Of a stretch of 64,000 nucleotides of DNA, positions 55,259 through 64,000 are shown piece by piece. Numbering within the stretch: the stretch's first letter is position 1; each line of letters begins with the position of its first letter. This DNA is from Patescibacteria group bacterium (lineage in GTDB: Bacteria > Patescibacteriota > Minisyncoccia > Phycocordibacterales > SBAW01). The stretch is from positions 67,062 through 131,061 of the forward strand of contig JAIEMM010000002.1 in the NCBI GenBank assembly GCA_019752125.1, written 5' to 3'. A program made the translations under genes and the position numbers. The notes under the pieces are model-generated. The model saw only the letters and a list, made by a program, of their open reading frames with translations. It ran no database searches and was not told the DNA's origin.

Positions 55259-56351
55259 CTACTGCAACTGCCACTGTTGCTATGAGTGCGCCAAGTAGAT
55301 ATGGCATGTGGATCAGTTCAACTGAACACCACAAGATAGAGAGATTGATAAGAAAATCTATACCTACCACAATCATATACAACACAAATTGCACATGAGT
55401 CTGCGAAAGCGCGTGTTGACGGAACGTAAAGAACTTATGCAGTGAAAAACTTACAACAATTGCGATCGCAAGTGCCACAGAAGAAGCTGCAAGATAATGT
55501 ACGCCCCCAAATTGAACAAGCGCGAAGAGGACGCCAAAATACACTGCGGCTGCAGTGGCGCCCGAGATTATATAGCGGGCAAGTTGTGCCAAAGGCAGAC
55601 GCGCTAAGCGAGGCAACATCCTCTTTCCAAAATGAATGACGCTGGGCGGAAACATGCCCAACACTGGAATAATGAGATTCCATGGCGCCTCATAGCGAAC
55701 ATAGAGCTGCGGATGTACAAGCGAGAGCGCTCTGTTATGCCCCGCATTATATGCCTCATACAGCTCGGAATAGTTAGGGAGCTCACTTTCCTTTACATAA
55801 AACATGATGTTTTGCGCGTAGAAAAAGGCTACGCGTGCATCTCCCCAAAAGAACTTGCGCAAACAATCAACCGGAACATACCCTTGCTCCTTAAACCGTG
55901 CCTCCCAGTAATCAGGCCATTGTTCGTTAATGTGATGAACGCCACCCTGTCCTGGAATTGCTGCAGAAAATAAAATAACAGGCGCCGCGTCCGTAAGATT
56001 TTTTACAAATGTGCGTGACGCAGCGTCAGAGAGATGTTCGCCTACCTCAAGTGAAATAGCGAGATCAAAATTGCGGTTCAATGAGAGAGGTTTCTCCAAA
56101 TCAGCTGCAATAAATTTTTCTTTCGGGATGCTTAGCTTTTCCCGTTCAACATATTCACCATCGTAGCCGACAACATCGGAAATATCTTTCTCCATAAACG
56201 CCCTGAGCCACAAACCTTGTCCACATCCAATATCAAGCACTGATTCGGGTTTCAAATATTTTAATACCTGCGGGACGACAGTACGCGCTGACCGAAGATT
56301 TGCATCTTCCATTTCTTTAAAAAAATCGCCCGAATATGATCTTTCAGTCAT
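55200..56351 (-). CDS. Fusion protein of an N-terminal class I SAM-dependent methyltransferase and a C-terminal GtrA-like four-TM domain
   Basis: LDIGCGQG SAM motif and an acidic motif-II region. The C-terminal roughly 130 aa carry four TM helices typical of GtrA-family proteins. Confidence 0.58.
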   Translation of the reverse strand: MTERSYSGDFFKEMEDANLRSARTVVPQVLKYLKPESVLDIGCGQGLWLRAFMEKDISDVVGYDGEYVEREKLSIPKEKFIAADLEKPLSLNRNFDLAISLEVGEHLSDAASRTFVKNLTDAAPVILFSAAIPGQGGVHHINEQWPDYWEARFKEQGYVPVDCLRKFFWGDARVAFFYAQNIMFYVKESELPNYSELYEAYNAGHNRALSLVHPQLYVRYEAPWNLIIPVLGMFPPSVIHFGKRMLPRLARLPLAQLARYIISGATAAAVYFGVLFALVQFGGVHYLAASSVALAIAIVVSFSLHKFFTFRQHALSQTHVQFVLYMIVVGIDFLINLSILWCSVELIHMPYLLGALIATVAVAVVNFFLYRSVVFRRSAKISR

Positions 56352-56417
56352 TGCGGCAGTATAGCAGTTTTTGTGACGTTTTTCTCTCTCACGGAGTCAT
56401 ATATACTGATATCACCT

Positions 56418-58172
56418 ATGTGCGGCATTGTAAGCATAATCGGCAAAAATGCCGCCCAGGAGCCTCTTGAGGCTGCGCTCGACACGCTAAGTCACCGTGG
56501 TCCGGACGACCGCGGAACAATGGCTTTTGCAGGTGCCACCCTTGGCCAAACACGTCTCGCCATCATCGACCTTTCCCCTTCCGGCCATCAGCCGATGAAA
56601 GACAATGTCAAGAACATTGCCATCACCTTCAATGGCGAAATCTATAACTACCAAGAACTCCGCACAGAACTTGAGTCGAAGGGGCATCAATTTTCTACAC
56701 ACTCAGACACAGAAGTTATTTTAAAAGCCTACCAAGAATACGGCAGCGAATGTCCGAAAAAACTTGATGGAATGTTTGCCTTTGTTATTTGGGATGATGA
56801 AAAGAAAACAGCCTTTATGGCACGTGATCGCTTTGGTAAGAAACCTCTCTTCTATGCTCATACGCCAGGCGGCACTCTTGCAGTAGCATCAGAAATCAAA
56901 GCACTTAAAGCGGCAGGTGTTAAAACAGAAATAGATCCGCAAGGCATCGACGCCTATTTGACCCTTATGTACGTACCGCCCTGGCGCACGGTATACAAAA
57001 ATGTTCACACTATTCTTGGCGGACAGTGCGCTACCTACAAAAATGATGTGCTCAGCGTTGAGACGTACTGGAGAATGGAGCGCAAACCTGTCTCCGTATC
57101 CTACGACGAGGCGAAGGAAGAAGTTCGCGGATTGTTCACCGACGCAGTAAAGAAACGAATGGTTGCCGCAGATGTAGAAGTCGGCGCATTCCTTTCTGGC
57201 GGCATCGACTCAAGCCTTGTGACAGCCTATGCACAACGCGTGTTGGACCGTCCGCTTCAAACATTTTCACTTGGGTATGGCGACCTTATTGATGAACTCC
57301 CATTTGCAGACCAGCTCGCAAAAAAAGTTGGGACAAACCATCGTACCCTTCAAGCGTCAGCTGATCTCATTCATGAGTTTGAAGCAGCGATGGCATATTT
57401 TGACGAGCCGCATGGCGACCCTGCAGATTTTCCTCAACACCTTCTCTCTCAGGAAACTTCCACGTATGTGAAGGTTGCGCTTTCAGGTGAAGGTGGTGAC
57501 GAAATGTTTTTGGGCTATGGCCGATACTTCTCCTACTGGCACACGAGTAAACTTTCACGTTTACGAAACATGTTGTTTTCAAATCAGTACAAAGATTTTC
57601 TTAAAAACAGTACTGTCTTCCCTCTCTCACTTAGAAAAACTCTTCAGAAAGATTCAACACATGTGTGGACTGAACCAATCGACAAACTTGTACAGAACTT
57701 TAGCGGCTCTACTGTTCAAAAGATGGCCCTCTTCGATATCACCACAAACATGCAAGGCCAGCTACTTACAAAAGTGGACGAGATGGGCATGATGCATGGT
57801 CTGGAAGTGCGTTGCCCCTTCCTTGACTACAAACTCGCGGAGTTCGCGTTTAACCTACCAACTGAATATAAAACTGATGGCAACACAGGTAAGCTGATTC
57901 TTAAAGATTTGCTCGCAGAAGAAATGCCTCGAGAATTTGTTGATAGAAAGAAGCAAGGGTTCGGCGCTCCTGTACGCAAGTGGCTTGGAGAACCAACATT
58001 GCGAGCATATGTTGAAAATGCGTTCAAAGACGCACGTGTGTACGAATATCTCGACAAAGACGCAGTGCAACGATTTATTCAGCAAACCTATGCCAGCCAG
58101 AAACCAAAAGGTTATTACCAATTGTGGACACTTCTCTGCCTTGAGGTATGGTTAAAACGTCATGCAGATTAA
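56418..58172 (+). CDS. AsnB-family glutamine amidotransferase (second paralog). It is probably a sugar-carboxylate amidotransferase in the glycan locus. Start at MCGIVSII
   Basis: N-terminal Cys2, PP-loop SGGIDSS and full length of about 585 aa. Confidence 0.85.
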   Translation: MCGIVSIIGKNAAQEPLEAALDTLSHRGPDDRGTMAFAGATLGQTRLAIIDLSPSGHQPMKDNVKNIAITFNGEIYNYQELRTELESKGHQFSTHSDTEVILKAYQEYGSECPKKLDGMFAFVIWDDEKKTAFMARDRFGKKPLFYAHTPGGTLAVASEIKALKAAGVKTEIDPQGIDAYLTLMYVPPWRTVYKNVHTILGGQCATYKNDVLSVETYWRMERKPVSVSYDEAKEEVRGLFTDAVKKRMVAADVEVGAFLSGGIDSSLVTAYAQRVLDRPLQTFSLGYGDLIDELPFADQLAKKVGTNHRTLQASADLIHEFEAAMAYFDEPHGDPADFPQHLLSQETSTYVKVALSGEGGDEMFLGYGRYFSYWHTSKLSRLRNMLFSNQYKDFLKNSTVFPLSLRKTLQKDSTHVWTEPIDKLVQNFSGSTVQKMALFDITTNMQGQLLTKVDEMGMMHGLEVRCPFLDYKLAEFAFNLPTEYKTDGNTGKLILKDLLAEEMPREFVDRKKQGFGAPVRKWLGEPTLRAYVENAFKDARVYEYLDKDAVQRFIQQTYASQKPKGYYQLWTLLCLEVWLKRHAD

Positions 58173-59295
58173 AGAGATTTTTAATAGAATCGCCTTCAAG
58201 ATTAGAGGTGGTGTAGTTTCTTTATCCCCTTCTGGAACACCAAAAGGGTATGTTCTTATTTCCTATTTTGCGTATCCATTTCTGACTGACAAAGCACTTA
58301 CAGGACATACCAACTACTGGGAGGCGCGGCAGATGGCGAAGGAATTTCTTGACCGAGGCTATGCCGTAGATGTCATCGACACGACAAATAAGTCCTTTGT
58401 ACCAAAAAAGAAATACGCCATTTGTATCGACACACACAGCAACTTAGAACGTCTTGCGCCATTACTTGGAGACACATGCATCAAAGTACTCCACACTACA
58501 ACAACTCATTGGTGTACTCAAAACGAAGCTGCACAAAAGCGCAGCGCTGATCTATTGGCGCGGCGCGGCGCGTCACTTGCACCTGAACGCCAGCTTCCAC
58601 CGAGCAATGCGCTTGAAGTTGCAGACATAGTATTAATGCTCGGCAACAGCATTACGCAGCAGAGTTATGCATACGCGCACAAACAAATAGTTCCTATCTC
58701 AGTCTCGGCAGTAAAAACATTCGCCTCTCCTGAATCAAAAGACTTTGAGCGCGCGCGAAATAGTTTTATTTGGCTTGGTGGCGCAGGAGCAATTCATAAA
58801 GGCGCAGACTTGGTACTTGAAGCATTTGCCTCCCTTCCTGACCTGACACTCAGTATGTGCGGAAAATATCTGTATCCAGAATTTGAAGCAATTTACAAAA
58901 AAGAACTTCACGAAACCCCCAACATCAAAAGCTTGGGATATGTGCAGCTCGAGGGCGGGCAATTTGAGCAGATACGCTCAAGTTCAGCGTTCTTGGTATT
59001 CCCTTCGTGTGCTGAAGGCCAGGCTGGTTCTGTAGTCGCCGCACTACACGCAGGCCTTATACCAATCGTCACCAAGGAGTGTGGGGTTGATGTGGACGAT
59101 TTTGGTTTTGTATTGAAAGATGCAAGTGTTGAGGAAATAAAGAATACTGTGCAAATGGCAGCCGCCCTGCCAGTAGAAGAACTTAGGCGCCGCGCTACGT
59201 TAGGATGGAAATATGCAAACACACACCACACGCGTAAAACATTTGCTGCCCGATTCTCTGAGTTTGTTGATATGCTTGAAACAAAAATAAAATGA
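58162..59295 (+). CDS. Putative GT-B-fold glycosyltransferase (GT1/GT4-like)
   Basis: C-terminal region resembles GT-B donor-binding domains (IWLGGAGAIHKGADLVLEAF, E-x7-E-like spacing). Overlaps the neighbours by 11 and 4 nt. Family call is weak. Confidence 0.45.
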   Translation: MQIKEIFNRIAFKIRGGVVSLSPSGTPKGYVLISYFAYPFLTDKALTGHTNYWEARQMAKEFLDRGYAVDVIDTTNKSFVPKKKYAICIDTHSNLERLAPLLGDTCIKVLHTTTTHWCTQNEAAQKRSADLLARRGASLAPERQLPPSNALEVADIVLMLGNSITQQSYAYAHKQIVPISVSAVKTFASPESKDFERARNSFIWLGGAGAIHKGADLVLEAFASLPDLTLSMCGKYLYPEFEAIYKKELHETPNIKSLGYVQLEGGQFEQIRSSSAFLVFPSCAEGQAGSVVAALHAGLIPIVTKECGVDVDDFGFVLKDASVEEIKNTVQMAAALPVEELRRRATLGWKYANTHHTRKTFAARFSEFVDMLETKIK

Positions 59296-60155
59296 GTATG
59301 GAACAAGAACTAATTTCTGTCGTAATGCCCGTCTATAACGAAGAGGATCTTGTTACTCGCGCGCTCGAGTCATTACAAAATCAGACATGGAAGAATCTAG
59401 AAATTATTGTTGTTGACGACCACAGCACAGACAATACTGCGGCCATTGTAAAGAAAATTGCAGCACAAGACTCGCGAGTGCATTATTACTTAAATCCAAA
59501 GGGAGTTTCCAAGCGCAAAAACTGGCGAGGCTACGACATAAACGCAGGATGGTCTGCACGCGCATATGGGTTCTCTATTGCCAAAGCACAATGGGTAACA
59601 ACGCAAGACTCTGACGATGCGTCATTATTAAACCGCATTGAAGTCCAGTATATGCTCGCAAAAAAATACAATGCGACATTTGTTGCGGTTGGATGGATGG
59701 ATTTAAATGAACAAACGCTTGGGAAAAAACTCGACGTTGAGAGAATATTCAACGATGTCGGAGAGGAACACGTAATAATTACCCCGAAGGAAATATCGGC
59801 TATAGCGAAGAAGGAAAAAGGGGTGTTGATGGTTGAACCATTCCATCAATTCATCCCCTTCCCTTTCAAGTGGTTTCCCTATACACGCAAGCTGTTTTAC
59901 CGTTCGAGCGACGGTCCGCCAGGCGCAGACAACTGCATGTTTTTTAGCCGTGAAGTTATCGACCGTGGAATTAACTTCCGTACCCGCAACAAGCGTACGT
60001 GGGGCACACCTTCGGGACGTGGTTCCGGGCGTGACTTCTTTTTTCGCACTGCATATGAGCTGGGTAATAGTTGGTCATTCCGTTTGCCATTGTATCTGTG
60101 GAATGTGAAGTTAAAAAACAAAGACTACGTGGGTTACGACAAATATCTAGTATGA
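59292..60155 (+). CDS. GT2-family glycosyltransferase
   Basis: ISVVMPVYNEED, VVDDHSTDNT and a DSDD-type acidic motif. Confidence 0.8.
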   Translation: MSMEQELISVVMPVYNEEDLVTRALESLQNQTWKNLEIIVVDDHSTDNTAAIVKKIAAQDSRVHYYLNPKGVSKRKNWRGYDINAGWSARAYGFSIAKAQWVTTQDSDDASLLNRIEVQYMLAKKYNATFVAVGWMDLNEQTLGKKLDVERIFNDVGEEHVIITPKEISAIAKKEKGVLMVEPFHQFIPFPFKWFPYTRKLFYRSSDGPPGADNCMFFSREVIDRGINFRTRNKRTWGTPSGRGSGRDFFFRTAYELGNSWSFRLPLYLWNVKLKNKDYVGYDKYLV

Positions 60156-61060
60156 AATTTTCCATCATCACACCCGCATACGATATAGCGAAATGGCTCT
60201 CCCCCACTATCGAAAGTGTCCTTTCACAAGCGGGAGATTTTTCTATTGAATATATCGTTGTTGTAAACGATTCCCCTGACGAAACGCTTGGCGTTGCACA
60301 ACATTACAAACAAAAAATTGATGACGGGGTGTGGGATGTTAAGTGCAATGGCATCACTATGCAGATTATTGAAGCAGGAAAACCTGAGGGTATGTATGTG
60401 GCACTTAACGAGGGGTTTTCGCAGGCCACAGGCGAGATCTTTGCATGGATTGCAGGGGACGACATATACGAGCCGGGGGCATTTGAGGCCATGAAAGTGG
60501 CCTTCGCTGCTCGTCCTGATATCAGCTGGCTCAAAGGTATAACTTCAACAATTGATGAGCAAGGAAATAGGTTGCACCGCGGGCACTGCCGCACATACGC
60601 CCGCGATTGGCTTAAAATGGGCGTATACGGTATGGAAGCCTATCATGTGGAGCAAGACAGTGTATTTTGGCGTGCAGAGCTATGGCACAAAGCAGGCCCC
60701 TTTCCTTCGTACTTTAAAAGCTCAGGTGATTTTTGGCTCTGGCCCCAGATGGCAAAATATGCACCACTTATGAGCGTGGATGTATACACGAGTTGTTTCA
60801 GAAAGCGCGAAGGTCAAGACAGCCGAGTAAATGCTGTCCGTCTGCTTGCCCAAAAGAAACAGGCGCGCGGTAGGCGCCCACTCGGTGCTTGGATTCCTCG
60901 TCTCTTTTTCTGGCCATACTTCCACGTTCCGAGGAATTTCCAAAAAACGCTCGACCTTGTATATCCATTTCTTTTTCCTCTCACTCCCCGACCATATCTT
61001 TCAGTTGAAAATGGTACTGTTGTGGAGCGTCAGATGAAAACATTTTATATACCGGAATGA
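60152..61060 (+). CDS. GT2-family glycosyltransferase. Start at MKFSIITPAYD, overlapping the previous stop as ATGA. Paralog of the gene at 62837-63745
   Basis: FSIITPAYD and VVVNDSPDET motifs and a shared ALNEGF..TGEI block. The track's 27-aa N-terminal extension is spurious. Confidence 0.75.
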   Translation: MKFSIITPAYDIAKWLSPTIESVLSQAGDFSIEYIVVVNDSPDETLGVAQHYKQKIDDGVWDVKCNGITMQIIEAGKPEGMYVALNEGFSQATGEIFAWIAGDDIYEPGAFEAMKVAFAARPDISWLKGITSTIDEQGNRLHRGHCRTYARDWLKMGVYGMEAYHVEQDSVFWRAELWHKAGPFPSYFKSSGDFWLWPQMAKYAPLMSVDVYTSCFRKREGQDSRVNAVRLLAQKKQARGRRPLGAWIPRLFFWPYFHVPRNFQKTLDLVYPFLFPLTPRPYLSVENGTVVERQMKTFYIPE

Positions 61061-61749
61061 TAATGAAACTTAAAAATTTACTGCGACGATTCGGCTATGA
61101 TGTCCGACGCTATTATCCATTCTGGGAAACAGTGGCGCTGCCTCGCAACATCACTACAGTACTCGATATAGGCGCAAATAATGGCGAGTTTTCAAAAGAG
61201 ATATTCACTCATGTACCAAAGGCAGAAGTATATGCGTTTGAACCCCTTTCTGATTGTTTTACGACCATGCAAAAAGCATTGGGAGGCAACTCTCATTTTC
61301 ATGCGTTTAATACTGCGTTGGGTGACACAACCGGACAGACAACAATTCAACGTAGCAGTTTCCACCCCAGTTCTTCACTTCGAACGATGGCTGCGCTACA
61401 CAAAATTCTGTATCCAAAAACAGCAGGGGTACAAACAGAGACCATAGGAATTGTTCGTCTCGATGACATCATGAAAGATATTTCGATCAAAGGAACTATG
61501 ATGATCAAGATTGACGTTCAAGGCTTTGAAGACAAGGTCATAGCTGGCGGCACAGAAACGTTCAAACGTGCCTCTCTTATACTTATAGAGACTTCCTTTG
61601 TAGAGCTGTACGAAGGGCAGCCACTTTTTGGCGATATCCATGACCAGCTCCGCGCACTCGGTTTTTCCTACTATGGTTCAGCAGCAGAACATCGCAATCT
61701 AAAAACAGGCGAGCTTCTCTATCAAGATTCTATTTTTGTTCGAAATTAA
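61057..61749 (+). CDS. FkbM-family SAM-dependent methyltransferase
   Basis: VLDIGANNGEFS motif in a 230-aa FkbM-domain architecture. Confidence 0.68.
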   Translation: MIMKLKNLLRRFGYDVRRYYPFWETVALPRNITTVLDIGANNGEFSKEIFTHVPKAEVYAFEPLSDCFTTMQKALGGNSHFHAFNTALGDTTGQTTIQRSSFHPSSSLRTMAALHKILYPKTAGVQTETIGIVRLDDIMKDISIKGTMMIKIDVQGFEDKVIAGGTETFKRASLILIETSFVELYEGQPLFGDIHDQLRALGFSYYGSAAEHRNLKTGELLYQDSIFVRN

Positions 61750-62807
61750 TCCGCTGCGATTTTCTTAAAAAATTCTGCCAGCTGTTGTGTACAACGGTCG
61801 GGGTCAAGATTTTGCTCCGCGTATGTACGTGCGTTTCTGCCCAAGCGTTCGCGCAGTTCCCTATCACCAAGTAGTCGTTTGATCGCATCGCGCATTGCGC
61901 GGACATCATGCTGCGGCACAAGCACTCCGTTTACACCATCTTCAATATACGCCTCCATCCCCTGCGAACGAGAAGCAACGATGGGTTTACCCATCGCAAG
62001 CGCTTCATACACAGCAGAGATACCCATCTCATTATTGAGACCATTTGATGTGTCGAGAGGTATTACAACCACGGACGCATTTTCGTACGCAGTTTTCAAT
62101 TCTGGGACACTGAACGTTTTGTGTAATACATGCGCCGGTAAAGGTTTTAATTTCTCTAGTCGAGACTGACGAGTAGTGATAATCAATTCTTTTCCCAACC
62201 CTTCTGTGGCAGCGAATAGTAATTTGATATCGCGGTCGGGGTCTCGTCCCGGTGCAAAGATAGCCCCTTCTCCAAGCATGTGTGCTGGCGTAAAAAAGTT
62301 CAGATCAACACCGTAGGGAATAAATTCAACCTTGCCTCTGAGGTTTGGGAAACGTGCCTCCAGGAGATCTTTCTCTTTTTTACTTATGGTTACAATCCCT
62401 GCACATCGCGAGACCATCCACGCAAACACTTTTTGCAACGTGGTTTTTTCTTTTCCAATGAGGCCCATAACACTGAAGTCGTGCATGACCCATCTTGGTT
62501 TTTTTACATGAAGAAGCGTGTGCACCAACTGTGTCCCATATCCAGTTGAGGTAAAAACAATGTCGTAGGAAAAGAAGGCTGGGTATATCGGAAGATGGAC
62601 CCAGTACACGCTCAGCACGTATTTTCGTAAAACTCTGCATAGCCACAGAGGCAGAAATTGCTCCAGCTCCAGATGCTTTGCCTCAACACCAAATTTGTGG
62701 AGGCGTAGCATGCCCCAAAACCCATTCCCTTGTTCCTCTCCCCGCTTTGTCTTCTCCAAATGCGGCTTCCGATAGCCTGTAAAGAGGTATAAGACCCTTA
62801 TTTGCAT
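61746..62807 (-). CDS. GT4-family (GT-B fold) glycosyltransferase
   Basis: C-terminal E-x7-E-type donor-binding region (EMGISAVYEALAMGKPIVAS...EDGVNGVLV). Confidence 0.78.
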   Translation of the reverse strand: MQIRVLYLFTGYRKPHLEKTKRGEEQGNGFWGMLRLHKFGVEAKHLELEQFLPLWLCRVLRKYVLSVYWVHLPIYPAFFSYDIVFTSTGYGTQLVHTLLHVKKPRWVMHDFSVMGLIGKEKTTLQKVFAWMVSRCAGIVTISKKEKDLLEARFPNLRGKVEFIPYGVDLNFFTPAHMLGEGAIFAPGRDPDRDIKLLFAATEGLGKELIITTRQSRLEKLKPLPAHVLHKTFSVPELKTAYENASVVVIPLDTSNGLNNEMGISAVYEALAMGKPIVASRSQGMEAYIEDGVNGVLVPQHDVRAMRDAIKRLLGDRELRERLGRNARTYAEQNLDPDRCTQQLAEFFKKIAAD

Positions 62808-62836
62808 GGGCCCATTGTGGGGCTATACTGCCCTCT

Positions 62837-63745
62837 ATGCAATACCCGAAGATTTCGATTGTGGTCCACAGCTTCAACCGAGCAGATTACCTTAAAGAAG
62901 CTCTGGATTCTATATTGAATCAACAGTATCCAAACTTAGAGTTGGTTGTTGTCGATGACAACTCAAGCGATGACAGCTGGGAGGTCATCGAAGCCTACCG
63001 ACCAAGACTCGCGTACGCAGAAAAGCTTGAAGGCAGCCGGACAAGCCCTATTCACGCACTCAACGTAGGCTTCTCTCATACAACTGGCGAAATAATGGGT
63101 TGGCTTAATAACAAAAATAAACTTATGCCAGGAAGTTTACGTGCGCTCGCTGAAGTGTTTAACACGCTGCCCCATGTTGAATGGCTCACTGGTATAGGAC
63201 TTTTACTAAACAAAGATGGTGTCATCACCGATGTTATTCCTGTGCGTAAAGATCTCTATGAAAGTATGCTGTGTGTTCCTTGGAATATCCAGCAAGAGTC
63301 TACATTTTGGAAACGGTCTTTATGGGAACGAACAAAAGCCTCTTTTGATGAAAAGTATCCGTGGGCATTTGATGTCGCACTCTGGAACACAAAGTTTTTC
63401 TTACACGCATCTCTCTACCACTTAAACACTGTCCTTGGTGCATACCGCAAACTCCCCTCTGCACAAAGCACTGCTCGCAAAGATGAATTCTATTCCTACA
63501 TAGAACTGTCGAGACAAGAACTTAGGCGCAGGGTTCCATTTTCTGTGCTGATACTTTCGTATGTGTATGTTTTCCTACGCATCTTTAAACCAATCCTACG
63601 TAACATCCCCGACAGGATATATGCAATGATTCCTGTATTGAATTGTTTTTGTCACAAGGCAATCCGATTCCAAAACACCAATGGCAATCCACCACACGTA
63701 AAAATCTACAAACGCAATCCGTTTAGAACTATCTTTCCTTGGTAG
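62837..63745 (+). CDS. GT2-family glycosyltransferase (paralog of the gene at 60152-61060)
   Basis: ISIVVHSFNR, VVVDDNSSDDS and ALNVGFSHTTGEI. Confidence 0.75.
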   Translation: MQYPKISIVVHSFNRADYLKEALDSILNQQYPNLELVVVDDNSSDDSWEVIEAYRPRLAYAEKLEGSRTSPIHALNVGFSHTTGEIMGWLNNKNKLMPGSLRALAEVFNTLPHVEWLTGIGLLLNKDGVITDVIPVRKDLYESMLCVPWNIQQESTFWKRSLWERTKASFDEKYPWAFDVALWNTKFFLHASLYHLNTVLGAYRKLPSAQSTARKDEFYSYIELSRQELRRRVPFSVLILSYVYVFLRIFKPILRNIPDRIYAMIPVLNCFCHKAIRFQNTNGNPPHVKIYKRNPFRTIFPW

Positions 63746-63759
63746 ACTAACCATCTGAC

Positions 63760-64000
63760 ATGCAACATACGCAAGAAACAAAATTGCAGAAAATGAATCG
63801 GTTCTGGAATGATTCCCCAAGCCAGATGATTCGTTCCAAGAAAACACCAGGCTCCAAAGAGTTTTTTGATGAAATAGAGTGGCGTAGATATTTTCTTGAA
63901 ACCCACATCAAACCGTGGGCGAAATTTGAAACATACGCTGGGAAGAAAGTGTTGGAGGTAGGGTGCGGTATGGGAACTGACACTATGCAATTTGCCCGCG
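63760..64000 (+). CDS. Class I SAM-dependent methyltransferase, partial (runs off the window end)
   Basis: Manual translation from ATG 63760 gives MQHTQETKLQKMNRFWND...KKVLEVGCGMGTDTMQFAR with the VLEVGCGMG SAM motif. The frame is open to the window end. Confidence 0.6.
   Translation, partial: MQHTQETKLQKMNRFWNDSPSQMIRSKKTPGSKEFFDEIEWRRYFLETHIKPWAKFETYAGKKVLEVGCGMGTDTMQFAR

Noticed and set aside
1-64000. Alternative genetic code (UGA to Gly, code 25, as in some CPR lineages) as the explanation for the in-frame stop in the giant gene
   Set aside because: The internal stop is TAA, not TGA. TGA is used as a genuine stop in confident genes (asnB at 46299-46301, GT2 at 60153-60155, and the ATGA overlaps). 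Code 11 fits all identified genes.
1-64000. CRISPR arrays, rRNA, toxin-antitoxin or known defence-system cassettes
   Set aside because: There are no regularly spaced direct repeats outside coding regions. No Cas-like, restriction-modification, Abi, CBASS or retron-like domains were recognised in any ORF. The only mobile-element signature is the RAYT/REP unit.

Overview
This 64-kb window is bacterial chromosome with the standard genetic code: TGA, TAA and TAG all terminate confident genes, so a UGA-recoding lineage is excluded. Background GC is about 45-50% and most genes are on the minus strand. The gene content is three type-IV-pilin-like genes, a split transketolase, a minimal pentose-phosphate/glycolysis cluster, giant repeat adhesins and a large glycan locus. 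This resembles small-genome, cell-surface-focused bacteria such as Patescibacteria/CPR-like episymbionts. That taxonomic call is inference only.

Layout:
- (a) 1-7.4 kb: three pilin-like genes with class-III signal peptides ([10 protein letters not shown]), plus a secreted coiled-coil protein with a lysozyme-like C-terminal domain.
- (b) 2.5-10.4 kb: rplY, then a compact sugar-phosphate cluster. It holds class II fba, a PfkB kinase, transketolase C-half, transketolase N-half, an Rpe-like gene, rpiB and gap. The two transketolase halves are separated by an inserted pilin gene and a Pro-rich tail-anchored protein.
- (c) 10.4-11.2 kb: an IS200/RAYT-type HuH tyrosine transposase flanked by three copies of a 19-bp REP-like palindrome.
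- (d) 11.2-26.6 kb: two giant minus-strand ORFs of 2162 and 2865 aa, built from GNVGIGTTSP / Hep_Hag-like repeats. They lie in the same reading frame and are separated by a single TAA. Together they form a potential protein of about 5,130 aa. Its N-terminus is an excisionase-like HTH module followed by a transmembrane helix. The neighbouring 302-aa gene carries the same N-terminal module.
- (e) 28-35.7 kb: housekeeping genes (gatB, obg, a DUF360-like membrane protein, ccdA, a Nudix hydrolase, secA, murB). The secA leader is unusually long and structured.
- (f) 35.7-64 kb: a surface-glycan biosynthesis locus of about 28 kb. It encodes an O-antigen-ligase-like protein with TPR repeats, a Wzx flippase, an FdtA-like cupin, a C-methyltransferase, SDR and epimerase enzymes, a UGDH-like protein, two AsnB-like amidotransferases, a GT11 fucosyltransferase, a DegT aminotransferase, many GT2, GT4 and GT1 transferases, an FkbM methyltransferase and a methyltransferase-GtrA fusion. 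A roughly 1-kb GC-rich island (about 60% GC, GC3-biased codons, with its own Shine-Dalgarno sequence and terminator) interrupts it. The island carries a hypothetical protein with a Nudix-like motif and is probably horizontally acquired.

No rRNA, tRNA or CRISPR arrays were found.
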